In this document: one piece after another, positions 12,992-26,573 of the stretch
How positions within the stretch are numbered: position 1 is the first letter of the stretch
Layout of the letters: each line of letters begins with the position of its first letter
NCBI RefSeq assembly: GCF_030144855.1
Contig: NC_082715.1
Span: 145,080,001-145,144,000 of the forward strand
Origin: Hypanus sabinus
Lineage: Eukaryota
Length of the DNA stretch: 64,000 nt
Reading direction: 5' to 3'
Program-made: the position numbers and the translations under genes
The notes under the pieces: generated by a model
What the model saw: the letters and a program-made list of their open reading frames with translations, nothing else
What the model was told of the DNA's origin: nothing
The model's database searches: none

Positions 12992-13314
12992 GTCCGCGAA
13001 AACCCGCCGTATCCGTCCTTCGACCGTCTGCGGAAGAAATTCGGGGACAGGGCACCGCCACCCTGGTGTGTTTAGTGAGCGGGTTTAATCCGGCCGCTGT
13101 GAATATCGAGTGGACTGTGGACGGTAGTACGAGAAGGAATGGCGTTGAGACCAGCCGGATCCAGCAGGACGCGGACAACACGTTCAGTGCGAGCAGTTAC
13201 CTGACTCTGCCAGCCTCAGACTGGAACTCACACGAGCTTTACTCCTGCGTGGTTAAACACGAGTCTCAGGCAACCCCATTTCAAACAAACATCGCGCGAT
13301 CCAGCTGTGTGTAA
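12992..13314 (+). CDS. IGLC: Orphan Ig lambda-type constant exon C2 (intact, ends RSSCV*); no dedicated VJ
   Basis: Intact acceptor (pyrimidine tract, AG at 12990-12991), open frame with both domain Cys and the terminal Cys, and AATAAA at 13344-13349. Confidence 0.85.
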
Positions 13315-13343
13315 TACAATATGTTTAGACGCTGTTTCTTTAA

Positions 13344-13349
13344 AATAAA
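13344..13349 (+). terminator. Polyadenylation signal AATAAA after C2
   Basis: Same offset from the stop codon as in unit 1. Confidence 0.7.
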
Positions 13350-13829
13350 CCAAATGAATTTCATGTACTGATGTTAAACTTTCGATTGTAGCTGACACAT
13401 TTTTCAACCCGGAGAAAATAAACATTTAAATTAATATCATGCATGTAATATTATCCCAAAGTAATTAAAATCTACCCGATCTACTGCGTCCGTTTTGCCT
13501 TGATCAATATGTCCGACAACAGCATAATTTTTCAAAAGCTTGCAAAGATAGTGAAGATGATCAAACTTTGACATTCGAGGAAGTAAAACAGACAACGTCG
13601 CTTAAACGTTGTACTAGCTATTCGGTAGGTTTTCCTACTGAAGAAATCGTATTCACTATGGCTACATCAGGATAAGTGGTGTAATTACTTGTCAGCGAAA
13701 TTTACATACACAGTAAAAGAAATCCTGATACTGCCTTTATTTGAACATCGTAGGCATGTTCGATTTCCAGTTTTAGCATTGTATTCTTCATGGAAATGGT
13801 TTTTCTACATCTGGTTATAGTCGGGGAGA

Positions 13830-15960
13830 ACTCGATCCCTGACTAATGAAGGCTACATGCCTTCTAAGCAACTCTATTGACGCGCAGCAATTTTTGAGGG
13901 ATCTATGCGAGTGGACCACAGGATTTCTTTCTCATCTACACTGCTAAGAATCAACTCTTTAACCTTTGATTTGGCTTTTCCAAATTCCATTCTTTCACAT
14001 TCTTCCGCATTAAAAACCATCTACGGCAATCTTATCCACAGCACCAACAGCCTTCTGTCAACTATCCCATCGCTCTTTATATAGACCATAGCTGTCCGTA
14101 CCCTCCCATTCATATTCTTTTAATATTTAAAACATTTTAAATATTGAACTCGAACTGCATGCACTATTTCCACGGGCAACTCCCTCCACACTCTCACTAC
14201 TCTCTGTGATGAAGCTCCTCCTCACGTTCCCCCTAAACATTTCACCTTTCACTCTCAGCCCATGACCTTTAATTCTAGTCTTACCCAACCCGAGTGTGAA
14301 AAGCCTGCTTACATTTACCCTATCTATTCCCCACATCATTCTGTACATCTCTATTCAATCTCCCTTCATTCTCCTATGCTCCAAGTCAGAAAGTGCTAAC
14401 CTCTTCAACCTTTCCACATAATTTACGTCCTCAAGTCGAGAAACTATCTTTATAAATTTCCTCGGTACTCTTTCAATTTTGTTGACATCTTTGTTGAAAG
14501 TAGGAAGGAGTCCAGAGCAGCACACAATATAGGAACGCCTTATTAACATCCAGGTACGTCATATACACCACTCTACTTTTATCAATTTCTTTAGTCATTC
14601 TCTCGAGAAAGTTTTCGTGAGACATGAAATGCCCCTCAAAATGCAGTAGTGTATGTGATCAGACTATGCTTCCCCAACTGCTCATAAGTCCTGCTTTTAA
14701 TAATCACTTCCAAAGTTTGACCACCACTGACATACAGCTCTGGTCTATAATTCCCAGGATTATCCCTAATCCCTTTCTATAACAAAGTAATAGCATTTGA
14801 GACCCTCCAACCTTCTGCTACTCCTCCTGTGTCTAATGACGGTGCAAAGATTATCACCGAGAAGGATCATTCACTTCCCTCTCTTCCCGTGGTAAACTGG
14901 GTATACCCCATTCTGCCTCAGAGCCTTATGTGTTTTTTTTTGAAACGTTCGACAATGTCCTATTTCTTAACGTCACGTGTTCTAGCATGTCAGCCTGTTT
15001 TAGGCTGTCCGCACACAAGTCAAGGTCCCTCTCAGTGGTGAACACTGAAGACTTTAATTCATTAATTCATTATGGAACTCCCCTAACTCCTCTGACTAGT
15101 TCCTCTTCTTTTACTCACTCTAGTCATCCGTCTGTTCTTCACCTACGTGTAGAACGTCTTGGGGTTTTCCTTAATCATACTCGCCAAGCTCTTCTTATTC
15201 CCCCCTTCTAGCTCTCTTAAATTCATTATTCAGCTCCTTCCTGGCGACTTCGTAACACTCAAGAGCTATGTCTAATCTTTCCTTCAAAAACCTTTAATGA
15301 ACTTTTTTTAATCCTCTTGTTGGGTTGCTTCTCATCTCTTGTCAACCATGCCTCCTTTTGCCTACTATCGATGTTCATTTGGGAGAACCCTACCCAGCAC
15401 CCCATTAGCGTTCCCTACACAACTTCCACACTTCCTTGTTTATTTCCCTGATAATATTAGTTCCCAATTTCTGCTCACAAGCTCATGTCTAATAGCATTA
15501 TAATTCCCTCTCCTTCAAAACCAGCTGCTCTTATCCATCTCCAAGGCTATGGTAAATTAGGGAGTTGTGATTACCCACGAGCAACCAGACACCTGGCCTG
15601 TTCCATTGGCTAGCACCAGATCAAGTAAGGCCTCTCCTCTAGTTGGCCTGTCCACATATTCAGGAATCCTGCATTAACAGACCTAACAAATTCTGCTTTG
15701 TCTAAATCTTTTGCATGTAAGCTATGCCAATCATTATTAGGGAAGAGCGTGTTTTTGCAGCTGTCCAAAATCAGCCTGCCGACCTGTTCCTCGAAGTTCC
15801 TGTTGGGAGGGGTGCGCTGTACAATACTCCCATTAGAGTGACTGCAACTCCTCCTATTTCTGAATTCCACCCACGGAGACTCAAAAAACGATCTCTCCAC
15901 GACATCCTCGCATTCTGTAGCTGCGATACTCTCCCTGATTGGCAATACCACTCCTCCATC
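13830..15960 (-). mobile_element. Mosaic of CR1-clade LINE fragments
   Basis: ORFs 14127-14549 match the CR1 ORF2 C-terminus. 15610-15960 is EN-like (W-V-E-x-R-N, MGDF/FPN-like remnants). 13830-14550 duplicates 9003-9670. Confidence 0.7.
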
Positions 15961-17229
15961 TTTTTTACCTCCCTCCCTGACTCGTTTCGAAATATCTAAA
16001 ACCGGGAACATCTGGCAGCTTTTACTGCCTTTGTGACAACCATATTTTGAATTATATATTGGATCGCTTGAATGAGATAGTTTCCTCCAAGAATAAAAAG
16101 GCAAATACATGTTATCATCGTTTTTACCTCATGGCTTTCCAATGTCTTTCTTGTTTTTTTGAGCAACGCATGCACACGTGACACCCAGGTGCGCGCATAT
16201 TGGTTCATAGAGACACAGGCCGTAGTTTGATTAAGTCTTGGAATGCGCAGTATTTCTACGTTTTAGCAGACGAAGAATCTCACGTTGTAATTTCTTTGGA
16301 TTTGTCATTTCCATGCACTTCTGCACTGAGACATTGAGAAGAGTCATATCAATGGCTAACTTGGAAAATAAAACTTTATGGTATAGGTATAATGTCTTCC
16401 CTGATCTGGATTGTTATTTATTACAAGATTTCATTGTTTAATTGTTCGTTCACAGTTGATGTTGATTAATCGTTTCGGCGTTGTTAAGCCATTACCTGCA
16501 GTCATCAGACCGGCCATTTTATAATCGTTCGTATATTCGTTGAAAGCATTTGTTCGAAGTCGAAGGAATTTTAATCAATATTTGAATCTGCCTTGAGTGA
16601 GGGCAGAATAATAGGTGATAACATGTTGACGTGAATAAAAAATTGATTAACTGACTAAAAACGATGTGCTGACGTTAATGGTCGAGTCTCTGGAATGATA
16701 TATCTCAGAATCTGTGAAACAATTCAGGTCCTTCCAATTCGCCGATGTCAAAAAGACAAATAGGTAATTACATTGCGAAGAGAAATTCAAAAAGCTGGGA
16801 AGACATATTGATAACCTAAGTGCTTGAGATTGTAACCTTCCAAGTTAAAGAAGGGTAAGGGCATTTTGATCACGATAGCATGTAATTCACAAAATGCTAT
16901 ATTCAGGTGAAAGTAACTAAAAAGGCTGGGAACATGTTAAGGGAATTAAGTGCAAAATTTGGGGATGTTATGCTTTAGTGACGGGGCAATAAAGAACCAA
17001 ATGTGGGCTTGAGTACTGCATTCTTCTTACTTAAGAAATGATGTAAATGTGTCAGACGTTCAGAGGAAGCTAACAAGAACGACTTCATTGGTGGTTCGTT
17101 ATCCCGGGAAAAACTATTGTATCGGCTTGACTTCTATTTACTGGAGTTCATCAGAGTTATAGGACTTGACTAAAATCTAGTAGTCCTTAATAACAATACG
17201 TATGCTTTATAAGCCTTGTAGTCTGAAGC

Positions 17230-18130
17230 TCTACGGCTCGAAGGGCTCATGACAATAAGTCCGGCACCTGACGTCTTGGGGAACCCGAGAGTAACACGCC
17301 TGAACACGAGACAGGCAGACCTGGGGAATACGAGACTTGCGATTCATCTCCCAACAAGATTGGTCGTCTCCAGATAGACCTGATAAACTGGAGACAGACC
17401 TGGCGAACTCGATAGTCCTGGGGAATCCGAGACAGGGCTGGTAATCTCGAGAAAGACATTGAATAAATTTGGGAAACATGAAATAAATCTGGGGAATATG
17501 GAATAAAACTCGGGAAAATTGAATAGTCCTCGGAAGCCTGGAGGGTAATGGGAGTCCCAGGAACCTTTGCCGACAGTGGAAATCTTGACGAAAGCCTTTA
17601 ACATGGTCAAGGCAAGCTCTAAACGTGGAGTCGGAATTTGGTCGCCAGGAACACAGAATGAAGGTTCGAGACACTCGTAAACCGAATGAAGTCGGGGCAC
17701 CACTTTAGAAGTTCCACTGGACCCTTATATCCTTGCGTTTTTTTAGTCACCGTGCAGACTGAACGCAAGTGCGGAGAAAAGACAGGCTGCCATATGGAGT
17801 CAGCGACCTGTCTTTATTCATAAGAGTTCCAACTAACCATCGGCGGCTCGGCAGAGAGACGCCGAGAGAGCTAACTTTCTCAAAGCTAGGGCCAGCGAAA
17901 TTAATAATCCGAAGCGAAATCAAATAATTACAGTACCCGGAAATCCCGTGTCAGTTAAAATAAACTTAACAAGTTTAAACAGAAAACGCAAGGGTTTAAC
18001 AAGTCTTGTTAATAGAACAATTCACAAATAAAGGCTATTTAGAAAATTTAGAGCCCAACGCTCTAAGGTTTCCCGTACAGGTGCGAAGAACTCATAATAT
18101 CCGTTGTTAGGCGGGAATCCTTTATCGCCT
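17230..18130. other. Unexplained CpG-rich segment with internal CTGGGGAAT(C/A)CGAGAC repeats; second copy at about 38990-39850
   Basis: It is richer in CG than its flanks and has repeated motifs at about 17321, 17418, 39081 and 39181. It may be LTR-derived but is not identified. Confidence 0.4.
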
Positions 18131-18649
18131 TACTCAAAGTATGCCACATTATTCAACAGTTTTAAACCGAGCATTCATCTTCCCTTCTCGCTTCGCCGTT
18201 TGTCTAAATGCGGCAAATCAATACCAATATCACCTTAAATGAAATGTTTAGAGCTATGTCTGCATTTTCTTTTGTTTATGTAAGTACCATAACACTCTAG
18301 TAGTTATTTCTCAGGCAACTAAGAAAATCTTCATCTTTTTTATTTAAAACGGGATTCATAGTATCATAAAATACAAATAATTTTCCACACTTCACAGGGA
18401 ATCGGTTAGGACTTTTCTTCCCTCCCAGCGTTCGCTTATGGTGACATGTGTTTCCATTTTGACATACAACTGCCCATGAAAAGTCACAGGGAAAAGAAAA
18501 AGAAAAGTGATAAAAGGAGAAAATCTTTCTTAACGAATAGCCAAAATAGAGAGGCGTCCAATCACCATGCCAATGGAACTGCAATGAAAGTTGATCAGAT
18601 GACAGAGTGCATAGGTGAGAGGTGGACTTAGTACGTGTTTCAAAAGCTT

Positions 18650-19005
18650 ACAGTCTGTAAATCATAGAAGTCTCAAAGAACTCTACGACATGAACAGCTG
18701 CTTCGAGTGTCCTTTGGACTCGAACCCCGGTTTCCCTCCGATCCTCCACACTGCCAAGACTCTTACCATTAATACTATATTTTGCCATCATATTTGACCT
18801 ACCAAAATGAACCACCTCACACTTAACTGGGTTGAACTCCATCTGCTACTTCTCAGCCCAGTTTTTCATCCTATCAATGCGCCGCTGTAAACTCTGACAG
18901 ACCTCCACACTATCCACAACACGTCCAACCTTTGTGTCATCAGCAAACTTACTAACCCATCCTCCACTTTCTCATCCGGGTCATTTATAAAATTCATGAA
19001 GAGTG
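18650..19005 (-). mobile_element. CR1 RT fragment (copy A)
   Basis: ORFs 18648-19102 read FNPVKCEVVHFGRSN and FINDPDEKV. Confidence 0.8.
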
Positions 19006-20189
19006 AATTTCGCTTCCACATTTTTATTTTCTTTAGTATCATTCCCTTAAACGCGAATAAACTGAACACTAACCGTATATGAAAGAGCACAGAACATTTC
19101 ACAGAAAGCAGCTAGCTGGAACTACAAATACAAGAAAATAAGCTTCGACCGACAGATATTACGGAGGCATGCCTGGTGGACTGTTTGGATTAGGACTAAA
19201 ATATTAAAGGTAACGTCACATTCAGGAAGATGAGAAAATGCACAAGGATTCATTGACAGTGAATGTTGAACACAAAGAAATGAAAATGGATGGCCAATTT
19301 TCTGGGCACGGACAGAAAGAGGTGTTTTGAAAAATAATAAAGCAAAATTCTCCTCTGGTAGATGAATCCTGGAAAGATATTAAGGCAACGTGCATCCGAC
19401 AACACAAAGGCTGTTTACCATAATTGCACGTTCATGATTATTGGGAATTACACTTCAAACTAAACTAATGGGCCAAAGTCTATGAGGTGCTCGTTAAATA
19501 CTTTGAAATATTTTAGAATAACATGTTCTAGCGCCAACCAAAGGATACTAAGAAGGAATTAGAGGCGGAAATTCCATTGGAATCAGCCGTAATTTTATTA
19601 ATCAGAGGATCAAGCAGAAGGGCCGAGGGGCCTCCTTCGAATCCTAAGTGTGACGTGTCAGAAGGATATTACTGAACAAGCAGGTTTTATTTTCATGTAC
19701 ATCCATTTGATTCCTGGCCTCATCCACCCTCGATGCCATGTGATTCCATACTTACATCAAGAGAAGTGACAATTCAAAATCCGAAATGATCTCCATTTTC
19801 AAGTGTCTACAGTGTAGCACATAGTGATTGTCACATTATATTGATCCGTGTGTTATTTGCGCCAGTAGGTGGAAATGTTGCATCACTCGATACCCATACT
19901 TCCTTGTGAGAAAGAAAGAATCGGGCCCTGAACACATAAAATAGCAGCGACTGTGCTCTTCATCAATTTCCCAAACTGGTTTCATTGGAGACAATACTCC
20001 GGAATGAATGATATGTTTTTCAAACTGACATCATGCAAATATCAGGAAATATTAGCGAGAGAACACAGGTGATAATTGCTGCAACTGACATTTGATGCCA
20101 GAGTTTATAGGATAATTTCTGTTTAATGCCAATCGTTAGACAGGACACGCTAATTCAAACATTCACTGCTGTCTGTGTTTTAAACAAAA

Positions 20190-22080
20190 ATTACATAGAA
20201 ACATAGAAACTTAGAAAATCTACAGCACTATACAGGCCCTTCGGCCCACAGAGTTGCGCCGGACACGTCCCTACCTTCGAAATTACTAGGCTTACCTATA
20301 GCCCTTTATTTAACTAAGCTCCATGTACCTATCTAAAAGACTCTTAAAAAACCACATCGTATCCGCCTCCACCACCGTTTCCGGCAGCCAATTGCACGTA
20401 CTCACCGCTCTCTGAGTAAAAAACTTACCCCTGCCATCTCCACTGACATCTCTCCTACAGAGGTCCTCCTTAGCAACCATTTCAGCCCTGGGTAAACGCT
20501 TTTTACTATCCACACGATCAATGCTTATCATCATCTTGCACACCTCTATCAGGTCACCTTTCATCCACCTTCGCTCCAAAGAGAAAAGGCCGAGTTCACT
20601 CAACCTATTCTCATAAGGCATGCTCCCCAATCCAGGCAACATGCTTGTAAATCTCCTCTGCACCCTTCCTATTGCTTCCACATCCTTCCTGTAGTGAGGC
20701 GACCAGAACTGAGCACAGTACTCCAAATGGGGTCTGACCAGGGTCCAATAAATCTGCAACATTACCCCTCGACTCCTAAATTCAATTCCACGATTGATGA
20801 AAGCCAGTACACCATATGCCTCCTTAATCACAGAGTCAACCTGCGCAGTTACTTTGAACGTCCTCTGGATTCAGACCCCAAGGTCCTTCTGATACTCCAC
20901 ACTGCCAAGAGACTGACCATTAATACTATATTCTGCCATCACATTTGACTACCAAACTGTACCACTTCACACCGATCTGGATTGAACTCCAACTGTCACT
21001 TCTCAGCCCAGTTTTGCATCCTATCAATGTCCCACTGTAACCTCGAACAATTCTCCACACTATCCACAACACCTCCAACTTTCGTGTCATCAGTAAACTT
21101 ACTAACAAATCCTTCCATTTCCTCATCCAGGTCATTTATAAAAATCACGATGAGTAAAGGTCCCAGAACAGATGCAAAGACCATCACCACAGGCTAAGTA
21201 ATCACATCCCTCGCCTCCTACAGTAGCATGGGGAACTTTTCGTCCGGTCCCGGCGACTTATCCAAGTTGATGCTTTCCAAAAGCTCCAGCACATCCTCTT
21301 TCGTAATATCTACATGCTCAAGCTTTTCAGTCTGCTTCAAGTTACAACAGGAGAGGCCTCTCCTCTTGTAGGCTTATCCACATACTGTGTCAAGAAACCT
21401 TCCTGAACACACCTAACAAACTTCACCCCATCTAAACCCTTCGCTCTAGGGTGATGCCAATAGATATTTGGGAAATTAAAATCTCCCATCGCGACATCTC
21501 TGTTATTATTACACCTTTCCAGGATCTGTTCCCTTACCTGCTCCACGATATCCCTGTTACTATTAGGCGCCCTATAAAAATACCCAGTTAAGTTATTGAC
21601 CCCTTCCTGTTCCTAACCTCCACCCACAGAGTCTGCGTGCAAAATCCCTCCGTGGTGTCCACTTTTTCTGCAGCTGTGACATTATCTCTGATCAACAGCC
21701 CCACCTCTTCTGCCTCCCTCCCTGTCCTTTCTGAAACATCTAAAACCCGACACTTGAAGTAACCAATCCTGCCCCTGAGCCATCCAAATCCCTGTAACTG
21801 GCACCACATCAAATCTCCAAGTACTGATCCACGTTCTAAACTCATCCGCTTTGTTCACAAAACACCTTGCATTAAAAAAAAACACAACTCAAGCATTCGG
21901 TTTCAGCGCGTCCCTTCTGTGTCACCTGCCTATCTTCCCTCTCGCACTGTGTACAAGCTTTCTCTGTTTGTGATCCAACATCCTTTTCCCCAGTCTCTTC
22001 AGTTCGGTTCCAACTCCCCAACAATTCTAACAAACTCTCTCCAGTAGCCTTAGGAAACATCCCCTCCAGGATACGTCTCA
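20190..22080 (-). mobile_element. CR1-clade LINE (copy B) with internal deletions; 3' tail seen as (ACATAGAA)n on the + strand
   Basis: ORF2 C-terminus (RPHLEYCAQFWSP, ERRWMKGDLIEV), RT (LGPLLIVIFINDLD..FTDDTK) and EN (MGDFNFPNI, FNARCFVNKADE) motifs appear in the expected order. Confidence 0.9.
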
Positions 22081-22283
22081 ACTTCATATAAAAACATAAA
22101 TAACAGGGACGTCATGTGGGTGCCGGGCAAGATGGCTGCATGTTAGTGGAGCTCCTACAACCCAACATGAAATTCTCTCAATTACAGCATATTTATCCCG
22201 CCTTATTCGGATACAGCTGTTCTAGAGTAAAAGACAGTATTTTTTTACTGAAAAATAACAACTTTGCGAGATAATTCGGGACG

Positions 22284-23126
22284 ATTGCAAGACGTTGCAA
22301 GAGCGCTCCAGCGAGTCACGTGGCTACAAGTCAGGGTCCGCAATCCGAAGCTCAAGGCACGCTGCCAACACAGACGGACGAAGGCTCCAACATGGAGAAT
22401 TTACTGGTTGAGTTTAGTCGTATAAGTTCCATTCTGCTCTGTGTGGCAACTGATGTATCTACAATTAAAGAAACGACAACGGAGTTGAAGAACCCCGTCA
22501 ATGCCACTCAAGAGAGGCTGATGGAAGCCGAGGGACGCCTCTCCAGTGTGGAAGACACCACTGTGCAGCTGGTGGGTGCCAGCGAGCGAAATAATAAACG
22601 CTTGGACCTGCTGTGGAACCGTGTCGATGAGCTTGAGAACAGGAGCGGACGGAACAACGTCAGGCTGGTCGGTCTCAAGAACGGTGCTTAAACGGGCAAA
22701 GTGTGTGCAAAGAATCATGTCGGAGGGATTTGGCATCGAACTGAAAGCAGAGTTTGAGATTGAGAGGGCGCATCGGGTCCCGGCTCCGAGGTCGGGCGAG
22801 GGTCGCCCCCACCCCCCAGGATGATCTTAATACGATTCTTGCGCTCTTCGGCCAGCGAGAAAGTGCTGCAAGCGGCCAAAGCAAAAAGAGGAGTTGAGTG
22901 GGAGGGATACAAACTCTTCTTCTTTCCGGATATGTCCAGAGAATTGGCTGAGAAACGGAGGACATTTACTACGGCTCGGAAAATGCTGCAGAGAGTCAAC
23001 ATAAGGTATACACTCGCTTATACAGCAGTTCTACGATTCACGTGGAAAGGAAAGAACACGTTCTTTATTACTGCTGCAGAAGCAGTGAAATTCATTCAGG
23101 AAAAGTGTGCAGCTGGCATTGACTGA
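22284..23126 (+). pseudogene. L1 ORF1 (coiled-coil/RRM/CTD); start mutated ATG>ATT and frame broken near 22690
   Basis: ORFs 22320-22691 and 22821-23126. The ATG is intact in the paralogue at 56535. Confidence 0.8.
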
Positions 23127-23526
23127 GAGACAGTAATAGGTGGAGATAACTTTTTAGGTACAACAGGGTGGGTGGGGACATGGATAAAGTGGTCTGATTA
23201 GTGCGAGGCTTACTAGCTGGCACGGTACTTCGCGGATCATATCATGTGTCTGTTCCTTTTCCGTTTCTTTGTAGAGTTTATACTGCCTATTTGCTTTTAT
23301 TTGTTAGTTAATCTGGCAGGAATATATTATCGCTATGTTTTTTGGGTTATGTTGGTTGTTTATTTGTTTGAAAGCGCAGCATTTGCTGTGGTTGTTGGTA
23401 ATAATTGAGCATGGGGATAGAGTACAGCAGGTTTTTCTATGGAATTTTTTTTTGAATTATTGCATTCCAGACCCAGTCATCCTGGAATTTTTTTTTTTTT
23501 GCACATGTGTGCATGAAGATTAGGAC

Positions 23527-26500
23527 ATGAACATTGTTAATTTCATATCATGGAACATAAATAGGTGTGGAAACCCAATCAAGAGGAAAAACGATTTTAT
23601 CATACCTTAAAGGTAAACGAATTGATGTTCCATTTGTCCAGGAAACACATTTTAAAGATGTTGAAGCACTGAAATTTATCAGAGATGGGGTGGGCCAGGT
23701 AATCTTACATCATTTAATAGCAAACAAAGTGGGACAATGATTTTGGTCAACAAAAAAAACTTAGTTTTGTGTTGGAAAAGGTCTTATCAAGACAATATAC
23801 TGATGACTTATATAAATATCTGTGGAATTAGAAATTCAAGCGAAATAACATATATAACAAAGAAGCAGAACATGCATTATTTAGATTAAAAACAAGTTTC
23901 TATGAAGGTGGTGACAAAGCTGGTAAGCTGCTGGCACGATATTTAAAGCAGCAGAAGACGAATAGTCTTATACCTGTGAATAAGAAAGGGGATACATTAG
24001 TGTCATCATCTGAAGAAATAAGCGAAGTCTTTCAACAGTTCTATGAACATCGATATGCATCACCGTTTAATCATGACCAGGAGGAGCTGAATCAGTTGTT
24101 TGCTAATATAAAATTGCCTACATTATCCCCACGACAAGCTGAGTCCTTGGATGTCCCAATTACTGAGGATGATGTCAGACGAGCTATTGTGGCTATGAAA
24201 GTGGGGAAATCTCCAGGTATGGATGGCTTCCCAGTTGAATATTATAAGACATTTCTGGACATATTGGTTCCTATTCTAACAAAAATCTATTCAGAAGCGT
24301 TTAATTTGGAATCTTTACCTAATACATTTAATGAAGCATTAATTCGTTGATCCCAAAAAAAGACTGGGATGCAATAGACCCTTCTAATTATAGGCCTATA
24401 AGCTTAATTATTGCGGACTGTAAGATACTGACGAAAATACTGGCTTCGCGATTAGAGAAAGTATTACCATCTATAATTAACCCTGACCAGTTTGGCTTCA
24501 TTAAAGGCAGATCCCCAACTGACAATTTAAGGAGATTACCGCACTTAACATGGCTGAACTCCCCAAGTAATATCCCAGTTACAGTCATCTCCCTGGACGC
24601 TGAAAAGGCCTTTGACAGGGTTGATTGGAGATTTTTAACCACGGCCTTGTCATTCTTTGGGTTTGACTCTATCTTTAAATCATGGTTTACAAATTCGTAT
24701 AAAAACCCCAGGCTGCAGTTATTACAAATGGTATCATATCCCCATTTTTCAACATTTCACGGGGTACACGCCAAGGCTGCCCCCTCTCCCCACTGTTATT
24801 TACGATTTTATTTTTTGGAACCGTTGGAGGTCGTTATTAGAGCAGATCCAGATATTAGAGGGGTGAAGGGAGGCGGAAAGGAGCATAAGTTGATGCTATA
24901 TACTGTCGATATTTTATTACTGATTAGTGACCCTCCTTATTCCTTACCACCACCAATGAAAACAATTCAATTATATTCTGACGCGTCTGGTTATAAAATC
25001 AACTGTAGTACATCTGAGGCTATGCCAATGTCAAAATTGTGTTATTCAAATTCAGTATCTCAGTTTAATTTTAGATGGGTGCTAGTTGGAATGAAGTATC
25101 TAGTGGTCAAACTCAGTCAGAATTCGGATGAAATAATTACTTTAAATTATGATCCATTATTGAGTAGGATAAGAAATAATCTGGATGAGTGGGGGGTCAC
25201 TGCTACTGTCACTCTGAAGTAAAGTCAATGTAGTTAAAATGGTCCTAGGACCTCAGTTTAACTATCTGTCTATGATGCTTCTTTTAAATATTTCAGATTT
25301 GATCTACAAGCAATACAGCAAAATTATTAGTGACTTTCTATGGGATAAGAAGAAGCCCTGAATTAAAATTAGTAAGATGTGTATGTCCGGTGACATCGGT
25401 GGGCTCAGTCTACTAGACGTCAGGGCATATAAATTATCCTTTGAAATGATCAAGTTAGTTAATCATTGGGACAGGGCAGATGTTGATTTAGATTGTGTAG
25501 TTATAGAACTGAGCTTGGCTGCACCACATTCTCCCCTTAACGTTCTCTCACAACATGTGAAAAACAACACTGATCTAAATCCTATACTATTTCACTCAAA
25601 GGGTGTGTGGAGTACAACTCATGAATTTTGTTAAAATTTCACATTTAAATCTGTTATACTCCTCGCTCTGGAATAACCCTGTGATACGCATTGGGAAAAG
25701 AACGGTGTACTGGAAAGAATGGAAGATTAACGGTGTGAATACAGTAGGTGATCTCTGTGAGATTGGGATTTTTATGTTGTATGTGGATTTGCAGAGGAAA
25801 TATAACTTTGTAGATAAAGGGCGTTTCTGGAAGTATTTACAAATAAGACATTGCGTTAGTCGCATATTCATGAATGGTGTCCCACAAAGTAACCCTTTAA
25901 GTGAATAATTTACACTACCACAGGAAGTTCATAAAGCATCAATCACTGTTTTATAAAATGTTCAAGCACTCTGTGGGCGAACCGTGTAACAATCTCAAAG
26001 CAGTATGGCAGAAGGATCTTGGAAGCAATATTGAAGATAATGAGTTGTCAAATATTTTATCAAATGTGGATAGACATATTAGGGAAGCGAGTGGGAAATT
26101 TATTCAGTATAAGATAGTACAAAGATATTACTGAACACTAACTAGACTCAACAAAATGGGGATTGTTGATAATTATTTATGCTGGAAATGTAAAAATCAG
26201 GTGGGCACATATTTTCACATCATTTGGGAGCGTTCCATGGTTCGTCCATTTTGGTGTAAAGTTCTAGATTTGTTGGGGAATTGGTCGTGTTCTACACTGC
26301 CCTTGTGCTCACGGCTTTGTCTCTTGAATGATAAGACAATGATACCTAATGTAAACAATGACAAATTTACTATTTTAAAGGCGGGTTTCATCACAGCTGC
26401 AAGAATTATATTGCAAACTGGAAAAAATACAGAATCCCACAGTGAGGGAATGAACTGAGGAAAGGGTTAAGATTTCATCATATGAACACATGTTGGGAAG

Positions 26501-26573
26501 AATTAACAGTGAGGGAAAAGTGTAAGACGCGTGGGATCAATTTGGGTTGTATGTTGATTTAAACTTAAATTAG
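23527..26573 (+). pseudogene. L1 ORF2 (APE endonuclease + reverse transcriptase) with many frameshifts and a roughly 0.7-kb deletion near 23770
   Basis: Motifs are spread over ORFs 23976-24350, 24347-25222, 25377-26458. The segment missing here is present at about 57310-58030. Confidence 0.85.

Larger units (their letters stand above)
9672..13829 (+). repeat. Second copy of J-C intron + C exon + proximal 3' flank, without a VJ (paralogous to about 2806-6969)
   Basis: Colinear similarity starts at atgtattaaaat (2806 vs 9671) and ends at tcggggaga (6969 vs 13829). No leader or V sequence lies between 6442 and 12991. Confidence 0.9.

Noticed and set aside
24347-25222. The 291-aa RT ORF as an active retrotransposon or a domesticated gene
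   Set aside because: It is a fragment of ORF2 with surrounding frameshifts and stops, and the catalytic motif is degenerate (YTVD here, YAGD in the second copy).
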